A stretch of DNA of 64,000 nt, from positions 12,922-76,921 of IMG/VR virus record IMGVR_UViG_3300028559_000023; one strand, written 5' to 3'. The stretch comes from a virus. Lineage: Duplodnaviria > Heunggongvirae > Uroviricota > Caudoviricetes. Shown here piece by piece: positions 54,264 to 62,171 of the stretch; position 1 is the stretch's first letter; every line of letters starts with the position of its first letter. The notes below the pieces were generated by a model. It made no database searches. It was given only the letters and a program-made list of their open reading frames with translations, and had not been told where the DNA came from. The position numbers and the translations under genes are program-made.

Positions 54264-54710
54264 ATGCGTGAGCAAAAGCAGAAGTATCGCCACAACATTG
54301 AGAAGGGCAACATTGGAGACTGTTTCAGGACATCTGTAGCATGTGTCTTGAATCTAGACAGAGATAGCGTCCCTCACTTCTTTGAGGCTGTTTGGAGTCA
54401 AGAGCGCTCAGCTCAACTCGCTCACGAACATCTCAATAGCTGGCTTGTCAGTGAGGGCCACGGTCTGCACTTTGTTGAATTTCCAATCGAGAGCCCTTCT
54501 GTTGAGGCATTCAAAGGTTACTTGGAGAGCTTCTTCCAGGACCTTTACGTCTTGGTCGGCTGTAACTCTCGTAACGGTGGCCATTCTGTTGTTATGCGAG
54601 GGAAACACTACATGTGGGATCCTTCAATCGATGACAGCGGCTGCGTTGGCCCTATGGACGACGGTTATTACTGGATTGGTCTTTTGGTACACAGGAGGGA
54701 CTTCGGGTGA
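54264..54710 (+). CDS. putative Cys-His hydrolase (papain-fold-like)
   Basis: Candidate catalytic Cys in GNIGDCFRTSVACVLN. Candidate catalytic His in NGGHSVVMRG. Judged by pattern only. Confidence 0.3.
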   Translation: MREQKQKYRHNIEKGNIGDCFRTSVACVLNLDRDSVPHFFEAVWSQERSAQLAHEHLNSWLVSEGHGLHFVEFPIESPSVEAFKGYLESFFQDLYVLVGCNSRNGGHSVVMRGKHYMWDPSIDDSGCVGPMDDGYYWIGLLVHRRDFG

Positions 54711-54802
54711 CGTGCTTTACACCTGACGAGCTCAGGGCTTTCTTCTTCGGTTTGTTAGCGGCTATCGTAGTCCTAGTAATTATCGCTACAGTAAGGAGAT
54801 AA

Positions 54803-55282
54803 ATGGATTCTTTTGAACAAATTGCTTTCACGTGCCATGAAGTGTTGAGAGCCTTAGGCGCTACTGCCTTCAAGCAATGGCAGGATCTTCCTTTAGGGAC
54901 TAAAGCAAAGCTCTCAGACGTTGTCTACGAGATTGCTTTGAACTTCAAGTCTTTTGAGCAGATCCATAATCGTTATCAGCATGTTGGCTGGATAGTTTTG
55001 AAACTCACTCCCGATGCAGTATCGTACGAGGATCTGAGCGACACAGCGAAAATGCATTATCGTGTTGTGGTTGCTTTAGTCAAGTCTATGTACGCGGCGC
55101 AGCAATTCGACGCTATTGCAGACATCACCAGCGCTTCAGAATTGCTCACTGAAAAGGCTAAGTTTGTGTCGCCTGAATATTCCGCGCTTGTAGCTGAAGG
55201 TCTTAACTTGTTCGATGCGAAACGCGCTGAGCAGGAAGCCCAGATCTTCAAAAACGCCGTAGTCACAGATACTCTCACCTAG
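54803..55282 (+). CDS. hypothetical protein
   Basis: 159 aa. RBS AAGGAG upstream. Confidence 0.55.
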   Translation: MDSFEQIAFTCHEVLRALGATAFKQWQDLPLGTKAKLSDVVYEIALNFKSFEQIHNRYQHVGWIVLKLTPDAVSYEDLSDTAKMHYRVVVALVKSMYAAQQFDAIADITSASELLTEKAKFVSPEYSALVAEGLNLFDAKRAEQEAQIFKNAVVTDTLT

Positions 55283-55408
55283 AGGTTCATGCAGGTTGGT
55301 CAATTACCTGGGCGAGTGGTGACCGCCATCTTTCAACTGCGAGCTGACACAGTAGAATTGACATCAGCGTAAACAGAGGCTCTGTAGTATTTGTAAGAGC
55401 TGCGTAAG

Positions 55409-55702
55409 GTGAGAACCCTTAACCAACTTTGGATAACCATGCAATACTTACTAACTGAAACTGAATATCTTAAACTCAAGTCCGAGAAAGCCGTACGTGT
55501 AGGTAAAGAGCGTGACGAACTTCAAGCATTTTGTACGCTGGCTGCTAACCACATTCCTGTAAAGCCTCACTGGAGTAGTGAGCCTCCAAGTCCTTGGGGC
55601 TGCATCTTGGGAGGCCAGCAATTTAGCGTAAGGCCTGAATACTGTGATTGCTGCCCGTCTCAAAAGCTTTGTCCATATGATGGTAAGGAGTGGTCCAAAT
55701 GA
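55409..55702 (+). CDS. hypothetical protein with a C-terminal Cys cluster
   Basis: 97 aa. C-terminal motif CDCCPSQKLCPYDG. Confidence 0.45.
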   Translation: MRTLNQLWITMQYLLTETEYLKLKSEKAVRVGKERDELQAFCTLAANHIPVKPHWSSEPPSPWGCILGGQQFSVRPEYCDCCPSQKLCPYDGKEWSK

Positions 55703-56046
55703 GCTTTGAGTGCCATATCACGTTACATAATAGACACGCAGACGTTGGGAAGCAAATTGCTGAGCTGTTTGGGTGGAAAACATCTGCTATTGATGGAGAT
55801 CCTCTTCTTGGCAAGGAGGTGTTCTTCTACTTAACAAAGCATGACGACGATTATAAACAGATTGCTGAGGACATGTACAAGTGCTTTGGTCGACTACAAG
55901 ACCTGCAGGTAGAAGTCGTTCGTCTTAAAATTGAGGAGATTCTTTTTGACTCAAGGAATTTACGTGGGAACGGTCTCCCACTTAGTCGGGAAGAGCGCCT
56001 TGCTGCGGTTTCCTCCGGAAGAATCGCACGTGCTGGCTCAGTTTGA
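55699..56046 (+). CDS. hypothetical protein
   Basis: ATG at 55699 with AAGGAG 8 nt upstream; the track starts at a GTG at 55690. The C-terminal part is low-complexity. Confidence 0.4.
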   Translation: MSFECHITLHNRHADVGKQIAELFGWKTSAIDGDPLLGKEVFFYLTKHDDDYKQIAEDMYKCFGRLQDLQVEVVRLKIEEILFDSRNLRGNGLPLSREERLAAVSSGRIARAGSV

Positions 56047-56199
56047 TGATCGCAAGCTTACTAGATCGGGACATCCATTTCAAAGTGTACTTGAGTACGA
56101 GCCTCATTCACGCTTTCCAACACAACAACTCCCCGACGAACCTCCTAGGGACGCGCTAGGCTTTGGCTGGCACGTATTTCGAAAAGAAGAGTTTGAAAT

Positions 56200-56415
56200 A
56201 TGTTCGTAGAGTTTACGATCTACCCAGGCGTCATGCCAGTAGTAGGTTACAATCTCTGGTCACAAGAAACTCACCCTCGATATCAGCTAGGAGGGTCTCC
56301 TTCAATCTGTATCGGCAAGTTTGCTGATATTGTCAGAGGTACTTCTCAAAACTTGGATTTCCTAGAACAATGCAACGCTCTAGGTATCGACATAAAGTTA
56401 TACAATCATGTCTGA
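56200..56415 (+). CDS. hypothetical protein
   Basis: 71-aa ORF. Confidence 0.4.
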   Translation: MFVEFTIYPGVMPVVGYNLWSQETHPRYQLGGSPSICIGKFADIVRGTSQNLDFLEQCNALGIDIKLYNHV

Positions 56416-56572
56416 GGCCAATTACTTCTGCATTGTTGAAGGTATTGACAGGCCTATCTTTGAAGAGCAATGTAACTTCAAGATGCGAATGGGGTGGCGT
56501 CTGCATGGCACTCTCAACATATCTACCAATGAACACGGTGTTGTTCGTTATATACAGGCCTTCGTCAAATGA
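56408..56572 (+). CDS. small hypothetical protein (54 aa)
   Basis: ATG overlaps the upstream gene end. Product MSEANYFCIVEGIDRPIFEEQCNFKMRMGWRLHGTLNISTNEHGVVRYIQAFVK. The stop overlaps the next ATG. Not in the track. Confidence 0.35.
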   Translation: MSEANYFCIVEGIDRPIFEEQCNFKMRMGWRLHGTLNISTNEHGVVRYIQAFVK

Positions 56573-56763
56573 CTGATCTAGAGAAGTTTCAAGCGTTATG
56601 TAAAGACTTTGGATTAGAGCCAGAGACAACTATCAGTGAAAGTAAGGCTACACATCTAACTTTTGAGAAACCTCAGGCAAAGGTAAAGGGCTATGCCAGC
56701 TCGTTAGCTGAGTTTGTATTCGAGGCCGATGGTAGTTTTAGTCATGTTGGAGTATGGGAATGA
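56569..56763 (+). CDS. hypothetical protein
   Basis: ATGA overlap with the upstream gene. 64 aa. Confidence 0.45.
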   Translation: MTDLEKFQALCKDFGLEPETTISESKATHLTFEKPQAKVKGYASSLAEFVFEADGSFSHVGVWE

Positions 56764-57041
56764 GCGGTAATTCTGATCAGGCTTATGAAGACTTTGCCGA
56801 TGCCGCTAGGACAAAGAACAGAGTAATATACAGGCGCAAGTTCATAGAGTATAACAACGACCCTCAAAGACGTTGTTATAACGGCTGTCATTTTAGCACA
56901 GCCACCTATTGGACTGAGTGGGAAGAGTACGATAGCGTATCTGAAGACAAATTTGAGGCTCGATTAGCCTTCTGGCGAGACCTTAACGCTGATGCTGTAA
57001 AAGCACGTGGTAAGGGTAACACACTTTGTGAGTACAAATGA
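56754..57041 (+). CDS. hypothetical protein
   Basis: 95-aa ORF. Confidence 0.45.
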   Translation: MGMSGNSDQAYEDFADAARTKNRVIYRRKFIEYNNDPQRRCYNGCHFSTATYWTEWEEYDSVSEDKFEARLAFWRDLNADAVKARGKGNTLCEYK

Positions 57042-57322
57042 CTTCTTTATTTGATGTGATCTACAGGCTTAATCAAGCAAAAGATAATCTTGAACGGATT
57101 TCGGCTGAACATGAGCAAGCACGTGCTCAAATGCGAGAGGCCAATACCGCATTCCAAAACTTTGTTGGTGCGTACGTCACCGCTAGTTTTCCTGCAGTAG
57201 TTGAAATCAGCTATAAGAAATATTTGCTCTCTTTCTGCGTCAGTTCTCAATCCTACCAATTGGAACAAGTCGAGACGCTTAGTCCGACCATCATCACGGA
57301 TGCTGCTACAGCTGAAGTTTGA
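57038..57322 (+). CDS. hypothetical protein
   Basis: ATGA overlap with the upstream gene. 94 aa. Confidence 0.45.
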   Translation: MTSLFDVIYRLNQAKDNLERISAEHEQARAQMREANTAFQNFVGAYVTASFPAVVEISYKKYLLSFCVSSQSYQLEQVETLSPTIITDAATAEV

Positions 57323-57328
57323 CAAACA

Positions 57329-57390
57329 CACCTCCATGGGAGCCCTTAACAGGGTTTCTGTGGAGGTGCCCTCAATTTATTTTTTTTTTT
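57329..57390 (+). terminator. intrinsic terminator (CACCTCCA...TGGAGGTG 8-bp stem enclosing an inner hairpin, then a 14-T run)
   Basis: Stem arms at 57329-57336 and 57361-57368. T14 at 57377-57390. Confidence 0.6.
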
Positions 57391-57464
57391 CTATGATCAA
57401 ATGGCTAAACAACCGGCTTTCTTTCAACTACTATTATGGGCTAGTATGTACAGAAAAGGAGTTC

Positions 57465-57803
57465 ATGAAGACACTAAAGAAGATGGGTATTCAAGACGTT
57501 GGTGTATGGCTGGACGGAGCTCATGCTAGAACACACCACTTTGTGTCTAACAGAGGTAAGGGCTGTTCAGTAGTGTGCTTCAACGCTTATGACCCCGACA
57601 ACATAGCCAGACTTAAAGATAACCCTATAGGTATCTGTGGCCTGATGGTTCATGAAGCGACTCATATCAAGCAAGACCTAATGCGCTTTATTGGAGAATC
57701 TAAACCCTCTCTTGAGTTTGAGGCTTACCTTATGCAAGCCATTTCAGAAGAGCTTATAGGTGCTGTTGGTGAGGCCCTCCAAAAGGCATCCACAACTAAG
57801 TGA
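57465..57803 (+). CDS. small HExxH zinc-metallopeptidase-like protein
   Basis: ATG at 57465 with AAAGGAG 4 nt upstream; this is the in-frame later start of track ORF 57201. Motif MVHEATHIKQD (HExxH). 112 aa. Confidence 0.45.
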   Translation: MKTLKKMGIQDVGVWLDGAHARTHHFVSNRGKGCSVVCFNAYDPDNIARLKDNPIGICGLMVHEATHIKQDLMRFIGESKPSLEFEAYLMQAISEELIGAVGEALQKASTTK

Positions 57804-57815
57804 GTTGAGGTTGTC

Positions 57816-57836
57816 GAACCCGTTAAATTAACGATA
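57816..57836 (+). promoter_or_regulatory. conserved motif GAACCCGTTAAATTAACGATA, a putative phage-RNAP promoter (copy 3)
   Basis: The first 17 nt match the copies at 18360 and 28962. Intergenic, upstream of the AT-rich region and the terminase genes. Confidence 0.45.
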
Positions 57837-57839
57837 TAC

Positions 57840-58088
57840 GTCATATCGACGACATTATATTAAAGAATGTACATTGTTGATGTCATGTTCAATGTCGATA
57901 AAATACTTTTGTTTATTATTGTTGTTTTGTTATAAAGATCAATAACTCTCTATAATAGTTGTTATTAGTTCTAAATACATAGATAATGAACTTACGTAAG
58001 CGTTGAGATTGCAATTTGAGTAATGTGCTTTCGAGATATATTCCGAGAATGACTTTCGAGGTGGCGCTAAGCCGATGATTTTGTTGAG
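57840..58088. other. AT-rich non-coding region with short TTGTT-type iterated motifs; candidate packaging (pac/cos) site or other late control region
   Basis: About 250 nt with no credible ORF, strongly AT-rich relative to the window. Contains TTTGTTTATTATTGTTGTTTTGTTAT and TATAATAGTTGTTATTAGTT. Lies immediately upstream of the small terminase gene. Confidence 0.4.
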
Positions 58089-58091
58089 GTG

Positions 58092-58574
58092 ATGAACGTG
58101 GATTTAGACTACATCGTGGACGATAAACAGCCTAGTGGTCGTGGAGAACGTGGTGTTTCTACATACGTTCGTGGTGCTCAGAGATCTGTGTCCCGGTTAA
58201 AACAACTACGTTTTGACCCCATTGAGAAGCTCGTCGGTCAATACACTAGACTGGAAGAAGAGATTACTCACTACAAACAGATTCGTGCTGGCACTAGGAT
58301 CGAACTGCTAGGTAATGGTAAGCCGAGAACCTTTAGTTATGAGGTTCTTATGAAAATGGAAGAACAACTTCAAGGTATAGCTAAGGAGCTCTTGAGGTAT
58401 GGGTATGGTCGTGTCCCTGAAAACGAGGATCCGAATGCTCACAAACAGAAGTCCGGAGGTCTTGTGGTTAAGTTACATAAACAGGGTGATGTGTACACTG
58501 CAGGCGGCCCTACTGAAGACGACCCGGATGACTTTGAAGAATCTGGATTTGGGTACATAGAAAATGGACAATGA
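58092..58574 (+). CDS. terS: terminase small subunit (by position)
   Basis: ATG at 58092 with GAGGTG upstream; the track starts at a GTG at 58089. 160 aa, charged. Overlaps the large terminase start. Confidence 0.5.
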   Translation: MNVDLDYIVDDKQPSGRGERGVSTYVRGAQRSVSRLKQLRFDPIEKLVGQYTRLEEEITHYKQIRAGTRIELLGNGKPRTFSYEVLMKMEEQLQGIAKELLRYGYGRVPENEDPNAHKQKSGGLVVKLHKQGDVYTAGGPTEDDPDDFEESGFGYIENGQ

Positions 58575-59925
58575 AGTGTCTTTGCACTGGGGTCAATCCC
58601 AGGTATACGAAGATTTAATCGTTAATCAAACATGCCGCTACCCTGTCGTGGATTGCTCTCGTGGATGGGGTAAGTCGTATCTAGCCGCGACTATCGGCTC
58701 TACAGCTGTATACGAGTTACTCGATCTGCCTTTTTGGGTTCCTAACAAAATTGTGTGGATCATAGCCCCAACATATGATCAAGTAACAGACATTTACTAC
58801 CCGTTGTTAGCCTATGACATGGGTCTTGAAGCCGAAGCTCTTAAATCATCGCGCGATTTAGGCAGATTTTGGTTTCGTAACAATGTGGAGCTTAGACTGC
58901 TGTCATACGAAGCCGTTGAACGTATGCGTGGTAAAGGTGCATACCTAGTTATCTGGGATGAGGTGTCCTCATGCAAGAAGGGTATCAAGCCTAAAGACGC
59001 TTGGAACTCGGTTATCAAACCGTGTATCGTCACTCGATGGTCCAAGCGACACGCCAAACGTTACGGTGCAAGACGCCCTGGAAGTGCACTTTTCATAAGC
59101 ACTCCTAAGGGCTACAACTTCTTTTACGACCTTTTCAACTACCAAGAAACGGATAAGGAATGGAAGTCTTACATGTTCGATCACACTACGAGTCCCTTGC
59201 TGGACCCTGAGGAAATCGAGCGTAATAGAGCCATTATGGATCCCATTGAGTTTGCGTCGGAGTATCTGGCCTCCTTCAAAGACTCTGGTAATAGCGTTTT
59301 CTACTGTTTCGATAGATCTGTGCATCTACGAGACGACTTGCCTTATTTTCTACCACCCTACGGAGACCAGCTCGGCGAAGATGTGCACTTGAATATTGAC
59401 TTTAACGTCGGATTACAGTGTACTTCGGCCTTCGCTTTGAGAGGTCATCAGATGCACTTTTTGGATGAATTCAAAGGGCATCCCGATACAGAAACTTTGG
59501 CTCAAGTCCTTAAGGAGACATACAAGGGGCATCGAATATTTGCATACCCCGATCCTTCTGGAAGAGCACGTAAGACATCAGCACCTGTTGGTCGTACTGA
59601 CTTCTCCATCTTAGAGTCCTACGGTATCCAATGCCTTGCCAGACCTAAAGCACCGCCTATTGTTGATAGTGTACAGGCGGTTAATCGGCGCTTGAAGTCT
59701 GCTGTAGGTGGTGTGCAGATGTTCTTCTCTAAAACAAGAGTACCTGGCGTAGTGAGATCCATGGAGCGTACCAAATGGGCAGACACTAATTTAGATGTCG
59801 CCGTGATCGATAAGTCCGAGGGTGTAGAACATTTCTCAGACGGTATTAGATATGGTACCGAGTGGCACTTCCCTGTTGAGCAAGGTACTAAAGTGGTAGG
59901 CAGAAATGTAAATGGCAGATTCTGA
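58564..59925 (+). CDS. terL: terminase large subunit
   Basis: Walker A variant VVDCSRGWGKSYLAA. Walker B AYLVIWDEVS. ATPase motif C ISTPKG. Nuclease-domain motifs AYPDPSGRA and DGIRYG. Confidence 0.85.
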   Translation: MDNEVSLHWGQSQVYEDLIVNQTCRYPVVDCSRGWGKSYLAATIGSTAVYELLDLPFWVPNKIVWIIAPTYDQVTDIYYPLLAYDMGLEAEALKSSRDLGRFWFRNNVELRLLSYEAVERMRGKGAYLVIWDEVSSCKKGIKPKDAWNSVIKPCIVTRWSKRHAKRYGARRPGSALFISTPKGYNFFYDLFNYQETDKEWKSYMFDHTTSPLLDPEEIERNRAIMDPIEFASEYLASFKDSGNSVFYCFDRSVHLRDDLPYFLPPYGDQLGEDVHLNIDFNVGLQCTSAFALRGHQMHFLDEFKGHPDTETLAQVLKETYKGHRIFAYPDPSGRARKTSAPVGRTDFSILESYGIQCLARPKAPPIVDSVQAVNRRLKSAVGGVQMFFSKTRVPGVVRSMERTKWADTNLDVAVIDKSEGVEHFSDGIRYGTEWHFPVEQGTKVVGRNVNGRF

Positions 59926-60202
59926 AAATGAAGCACAAATTCTTTCAGCAAAGGAATTCACAGTACTCGACAGTCACATAAGAACGGTTGTCAGAGATGC
60001 TGTACAAGAGGCTATTAGAGGTCATATTCTGACACCTGAGGAGTCTCAATTCGTGAAATTAGCACTTAAGCGTGAAGCTCGTAGGGAAGCCTTCCAGACT
60101 GCAATAATCGAAAAGAGTCTGATAGGCCTCGTCTTTATGGTTTTTACGTTCTTAGGTTTAACAATATTCGAGTGGGCTGTCAAGCACGGCTTTAAACCTT
60201 AG
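59912..60202 (+). CDS. hypothetical protein with a C-terminal transmembrane segment
   Basis: 96 aa. Overlaps the terL stop. C-terminal segment LIGLVFMVFTFLGLTIFEW. Confidence 0.5.
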   Translation: MADSENEAQILSAKEFTVLDSHIRTVVRDAVQEAIRGHILTPEESQFVKLALKREARREAFQTAIIEKSLIGLVFMVFTFLGLTIFEWAVKHGFKP

Positions 60203-60210
60203 GAATATAC

Positions 60211-62163
60211 ATGTATACAGCAAAAGAACTCGAAATGCGAGCCGCGCCGTCAAACTGGACTGTTGAGAATAACAGCGGCTTGACAATTACCGCATACAAT
60301 AGTGTTACTAAAGAGCGTTTCGTCGGTTCTGCAGAAGACTTCAAGAACCTTTTCAACAAGACCGGTGCTGGTGGTGTTGAGGTTGTCTACGCAGCCGATG
60401 GAAAGTTTGCAGGCTTTCGTAATGCAGATGGTAGTGAGATTGATCTTCGTGGTCTTACCGAAACAGGTGGCCCTGAGAGCGACCCTGAGATTATCAGGAA
60501 GTACAGCGTTGCAGATCCTTCTGTTTTTGATCGGGTTACCACCGATGAGCAGTCTGCAGGTTTCCTACAAAAAGCCACTCTCGGCCCTACCTACGCAGAG
60601 ATTTCGGCTTTGACAACGTTAGGCTCTAAGCGTGCTTGGATGCTTGCAGAGATGGCTAAGCCCTTATCCAAGACGTTCGCCTCACGCTGCTGGGTGGATC
60701 AAGCCTTGACGGATACTGCGGTGTTTGACAAAAGCATTGAGACCGAGCGCGCCTGGCTTACTGGTTATATGCAAGAACCGGCCCTTCGCATGAAGTGCCT
60801 GCATGTTCTTAACAAGCTTTTCGTCATTACGATCGCTGGTACTTTCCAAGATCCGGGTCGTTGGGCTGCTTGGATGTCTTGGCTTGACCGCATCAACAAC
60901 CATGTGTTCGGTAACTGGCGTGATCTTATTGAAAGCATCACCTATTCGCCACACATGAGCCTGATGTTGACGTACTACGCGAACAAAAAGGCCTCTGGGG
61001 AGCGACAGCCTGACGAGAACTACGCTCGTGAGATCATGCAGCTTTTCAGTATTGGTCTTGTTCAGTTGAACATGGACGGTTCTTTGAAGCTGGACGCTGC
61101 AGGTAATCCCATTCCCACGTATTCTAACGACGACATACGACAAGTTGCTCGCTGCTTGACCGGGATGACGCGGTGGAATTTCGCTCCTCCGTACGAACGC
61201 TATGATCTGAAGACTGCTTCCGGAGATACTCGTTTCAATGGTGCGATCGGTACTGGTGACTACGACGACATGATGGCTGACCCTGAAGTCAGACTTAAGC
61301 ACTATCTGCCTGAGTATGAATACGGTCCTAAGCGTGCTTTAGGTGGTCTGCTCGATGTACCTGAGAACACTGAGCCAGAAGCTTGTTTGACGATGTTGCA
61401 TGACGCTCTGTTTAATCACCCTAACACAGCGCCTTTCTTTGCTATTCGCATGATTCAGAGCATGGTTACCAGTAACCCTTCTCCTGGCTACATCTCACGT
61501 GTGGCTCACGCATTCGCAGATAATGGTAAGGGTGTCAGGGGTGACATGAAGGCTGTTTGGATGGCTATCCTGACAGACCCTGAGGCCAGTAGCGACGGAC
61601 GCTATAACAAGGGCTTTGGTCGAGTTCGTGATGGATTTGACGTGTTCGCCAATCACATCCGTTCGTTCGGGCGTATTGGTAGCACTGGCTTTGTGGCTAT
61701 CGCATCGGATGGTTTCTCTGGCACGTACGTAGGGGATTTCGGCCCAACCGCTTTCCGTACACAACCTAGTATTTTCAGCGCCTACGATCCATTGTATGTG
61801 CCGCCTGAACTGGAGGTCTCTAACGGACTTGCCCCTGAAATGCAGATGTGGTCTGAGGTCTTGTTACTGCGTTGCATGAACCGCCTTTTGGTGCTGATTA
61901 ATGCGGGTAAACCTAGTGATACCGCTGGTGCCAACGTCATGAAGAGTGACTATTCTATGCTGCCTCTCACAGGTACTCCTGACGAGCTTGTGCAGCGTGT
62001 CAATCTCTTAATGTGCGGCGGTAAAATGTCGGCAGGCCTTAGAGCAGATCTTGTTGCGAATGCAGTGGCTATCGGTAGCGGTACGACAGCGCTTCAAGAG
62101 GCTCGTGCAACAGGTTGCCTGTTGATCACCTCTAACTCGCCGGACTACTTCGTACAACTGTAA
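60211..62163 (+). CDS. DUF1800-family protein
   Basis: Hallmark ...PDENYAREIMQLFSIG...QVARCLTGMT (DUF1800 signature NENYAREL.EL.TLG ... AR.fTGW). The typical C-terminal ...HPNTAPFFAIRMIQSMV... region is present. Ends ...SNSPDYFVQL. 650 aa with no signal peptide. RBS AGGAA upstream. Confidence 0.65.
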   Translation: MYTAKELEMRAAPSNWTVENNSGLTITAYNSVTKERFVGSAEDFKNLFNKTGAGGVEVVYAADGKFAGFRNADGSEIDLRGLTETGGPESDPEIIRKYSVADPSVFDRVTTDEQSAGFLQKATLGPTYAEISALTTLGSKRAWMLAEMAKPLSKTFASRCWVDQALTDTAVFDKSIETERAWLTGYMQEPALRMKCLHVLNKLFVITIAGTFQDPGRWAAWMSWLDRINNHVFGNWRDLIESITYSPHMSLMLTYYANKKASGERQPDENYAREIMQLFSIGLVQLNMDGSLKLDAAGNPIPTYSNDDIRQVARCLTGMTRWNFAPPYERYDLKTASGDTRFNGAIGTGDYDDMMADPEVRLKHYLPEYEYGPKRALGGLLDVPENTEPEACLTMLHDALFNHPNTAPFFAIRMIQSMVTSNPSPGYISRVAHAFADNGKGVRGDMKAVWMAILTDPEASSDGRYNKGFGRVRDGFDVFANHIRSFGRIGSTGFVAIASDGFSGTYVGDFGPTAFRTQPSIFSAYDPLYVPPELEVSNGLAPEMQMWSEVLLLRCMNRLLVLINAGKPSDTAGANVMKSDYSMLPLTGTPDELVQRVNLLMCGGKMSAGLRADLVANAVAIGSGTTALQEARATGCLLITSNSPDYFVQL

Positions 62164-62171
62164 GGATTTTT

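Noticed and set aside
55699-56209. 2H-phosphoesterase (Acb1/LigT-like) call for the protein beginning MSFECHITLH
   Set aside because: Only one H-x-T-x motif is present. No second HxT/S motif was found at the expected spacing in either this frame or the overlapping 55931 frame.
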